The position numbers and the translations under genes are program-made. Shown piece by piece: positions 62,596 through 64,000 of a stretch of DNA of 64,000 nucleotides. Source of the stretch: Penicillus capitatus. Lineage: Eukaryota > Plantae > Chlorophyta. Each line of letters opens with the position of its first letter. The stretch's first letter is position 1. Below the pieces are notes generated by a model. The model did not search any database. It was not told where the DNA came from and saw nothing but the letters and a program-made list of their open reading frames with translations. The stretch covers positions 1,477,288 to 1,541,287 of the forward strand of contig OZ287695.1 in the NCBI GenBank assembly GCA_965649825.1. The letters run 5' to 3'.

Positions 62596-63030
62596 ATGAT
62601 TCGCTTTATTCTGTTGCAGAATCGTGCAGGCAAGACACGGCTGGCAAAGTACTACGTCCCGTTAGAAGATGCCGAAAAACACAAACTCGAATACGAAGTG
62701 CATCGCCTCGTTGTCTCGCGGGACCCCAAGACCAGCACAAACTTTGCAGAATTCCGCACACACAAAGTGATATACAAGCGCTATGCTGGACTCTTCTTCA
62801 CCATCTGCTGTGATGTTACCGATAACGAGTTCGCATTGCTGGAGTCGATTCATCTATTCGTGGAGATTCTGGACCATTTCTTCCAGAATGTCTGCGAGTT
62901 GGACCTCGTCTTTAACTTTCATAAAGTCTATCTCATCCTTGACGAATTTATTCTGGCTGGCGAAGTGCAGGAGACCAGCAAAAAAGTCATTTTGGATAGA
63001 CTCAAAGAACTGGAATCGATGGACACATAA
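62596..63030 (+). CDS. AP2S1: AP-2 complex sigma subunit
   Basis: [29 protein letters not shown] and [14 protein letters not shown]. Confidence 0.95.
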   Translation: MIRFILLQNRAGKTRLAKYYVPLEDAEKHKLEYEVHRLVVSRDPKTSTNFAEFRTHKVIYKRYAGLFFTICCDVTDNEFALLESIHLFVEILDHFFQNVCELDLVFNFHKVYLILDEFILAGEVQETSKKVILDRLKELESMDT

Positions 63031-63192
63031 AGCTGTTGTCTCACGCACTGTATGACAACGCAGATCTTCTGCTGTTCTGATCGGCAATGCCTATCGATTT
63101 TGCCTAAGGATAACGATACGCTGCGCATTCGTGAACAGGAAGAGGGGACAGTTAGTTTAAGGGATTGCATTCCAACAGGACTGCCTTCGTTA

Positions 63193-64000
63193 TCAGTCTA
63201 AGAACAGAGGTGCCATGACCAGTGTAATGGTCGCCAGCATCTTGATCAATACGTGCAGAGAGGGTCCTGCTGTGTCCTTGAATGGATCGCCAACGGTGTC
63301 GCCAGTAACGGCTGCTTTGTGCGCATCACCTCCCTTTCCATTGTGAGCACCCGTTTCGATATATTTCTTGGCATTGTCCCATGCTCCTCCCGCTGTGTTG
63401 AGAAAGAGAGCCATCAGAATACCCGCAACGGTTGCGAACATAAGGAAGGCGGCCACAGCTTTGGCACCCAACAATGACTGGCCAGTATAGTAGCCCAGAC
63501 ATCGAAAGACGACACCCACAATGCAGGGAGAAGACACTGCCAGTATCCCTGGCTTCACCATTTCTTTCAGAGCAGACGCTGCCACAATACTGACACAACG
63601 TGCGTAGTCCGGTTTCTCGCTATAGGTCATGATCCCTGGCCGTTCTTGGAATTGACGCCGGACTTCGTTTACCACTTCCTGTGCGCTCCTGCCAACAGCC
63701 ACGCACGCCCAGGAGGTAAACAGATAAACCAAGGCCGATCCCAAGAAACCACCCACAAACACCTCAGGCAATGCAATATCCACATTTTTCAGTGGCGTGT
63801 CAGAGAACGAGGACACTTCGTCCATGTATGCACTGAACAGCAGGAAAGATGCCAAGCCTAAGCGAGAGAGCGATCCATTGGGTGATGGAAGCAATTGATA
63901 TAGACATACCGGCACTTCCAATGGCGTAGCCTTTCGTTGTTGCTTTGGTTGTGTTGCCCACAGCATCGAGCAGATCTGTGATTTCTCTTACAGATTCCGG
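63193..64000 (-). CDS. Membrane H+-translocating pyrophosphatase, type II (AVP2-like); C-terminal part, continues beyond the window
   Basis: [39 protein letters not shown] and [15 protein letters not shown]. Confidence 0.93.

Overview
Eukaryotic nuclear DNA, most likely a very compact green-algal (chlorophyte) genome. It has plastid-type genes, the standard genetic code, and ~45-65 nt GT-AG introns with a TGAC-type branch site. The window has two domains. (1) 1-26.6 kb is repeat- and pseudogene-rich: a hairpin-forming GC-rich satellite (1-3150), a decayed mitochondrial HSP70, and two collinear copies (8648-16553, 19087-25854) of an unusual L1-like element. Each copy has an intact three-intron upstream ORF, an AT-rich folded spacer, a dead APE/RT/zinc-finger ORF2, and a spliced 3' module. 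That module is interrupted by two homologous ~500-nt U-rich introns that fold into nested helices with compensatory changes. (2) 26.6-64 kb is an ultra-dense block of about 27 housekeeping genes (copine-like, IDH, TSR3, RRM, RTF2, GPDH, ADK, ACR, AspRS, phytol kinase, TH2-like, GUCD1, RPL35A, Rxt3/HDC1-like, MAT1, SMU1, VPS60, NSA1, AP2 sigma, H+-PPase and others). Divergent start codons lie only 20-61 nt apart, one co-oriented pair is 2 nt apart, and many mini-introns contain hairpins. All gene models, alignments and folds were made by eye; no searches or folding programs were run.
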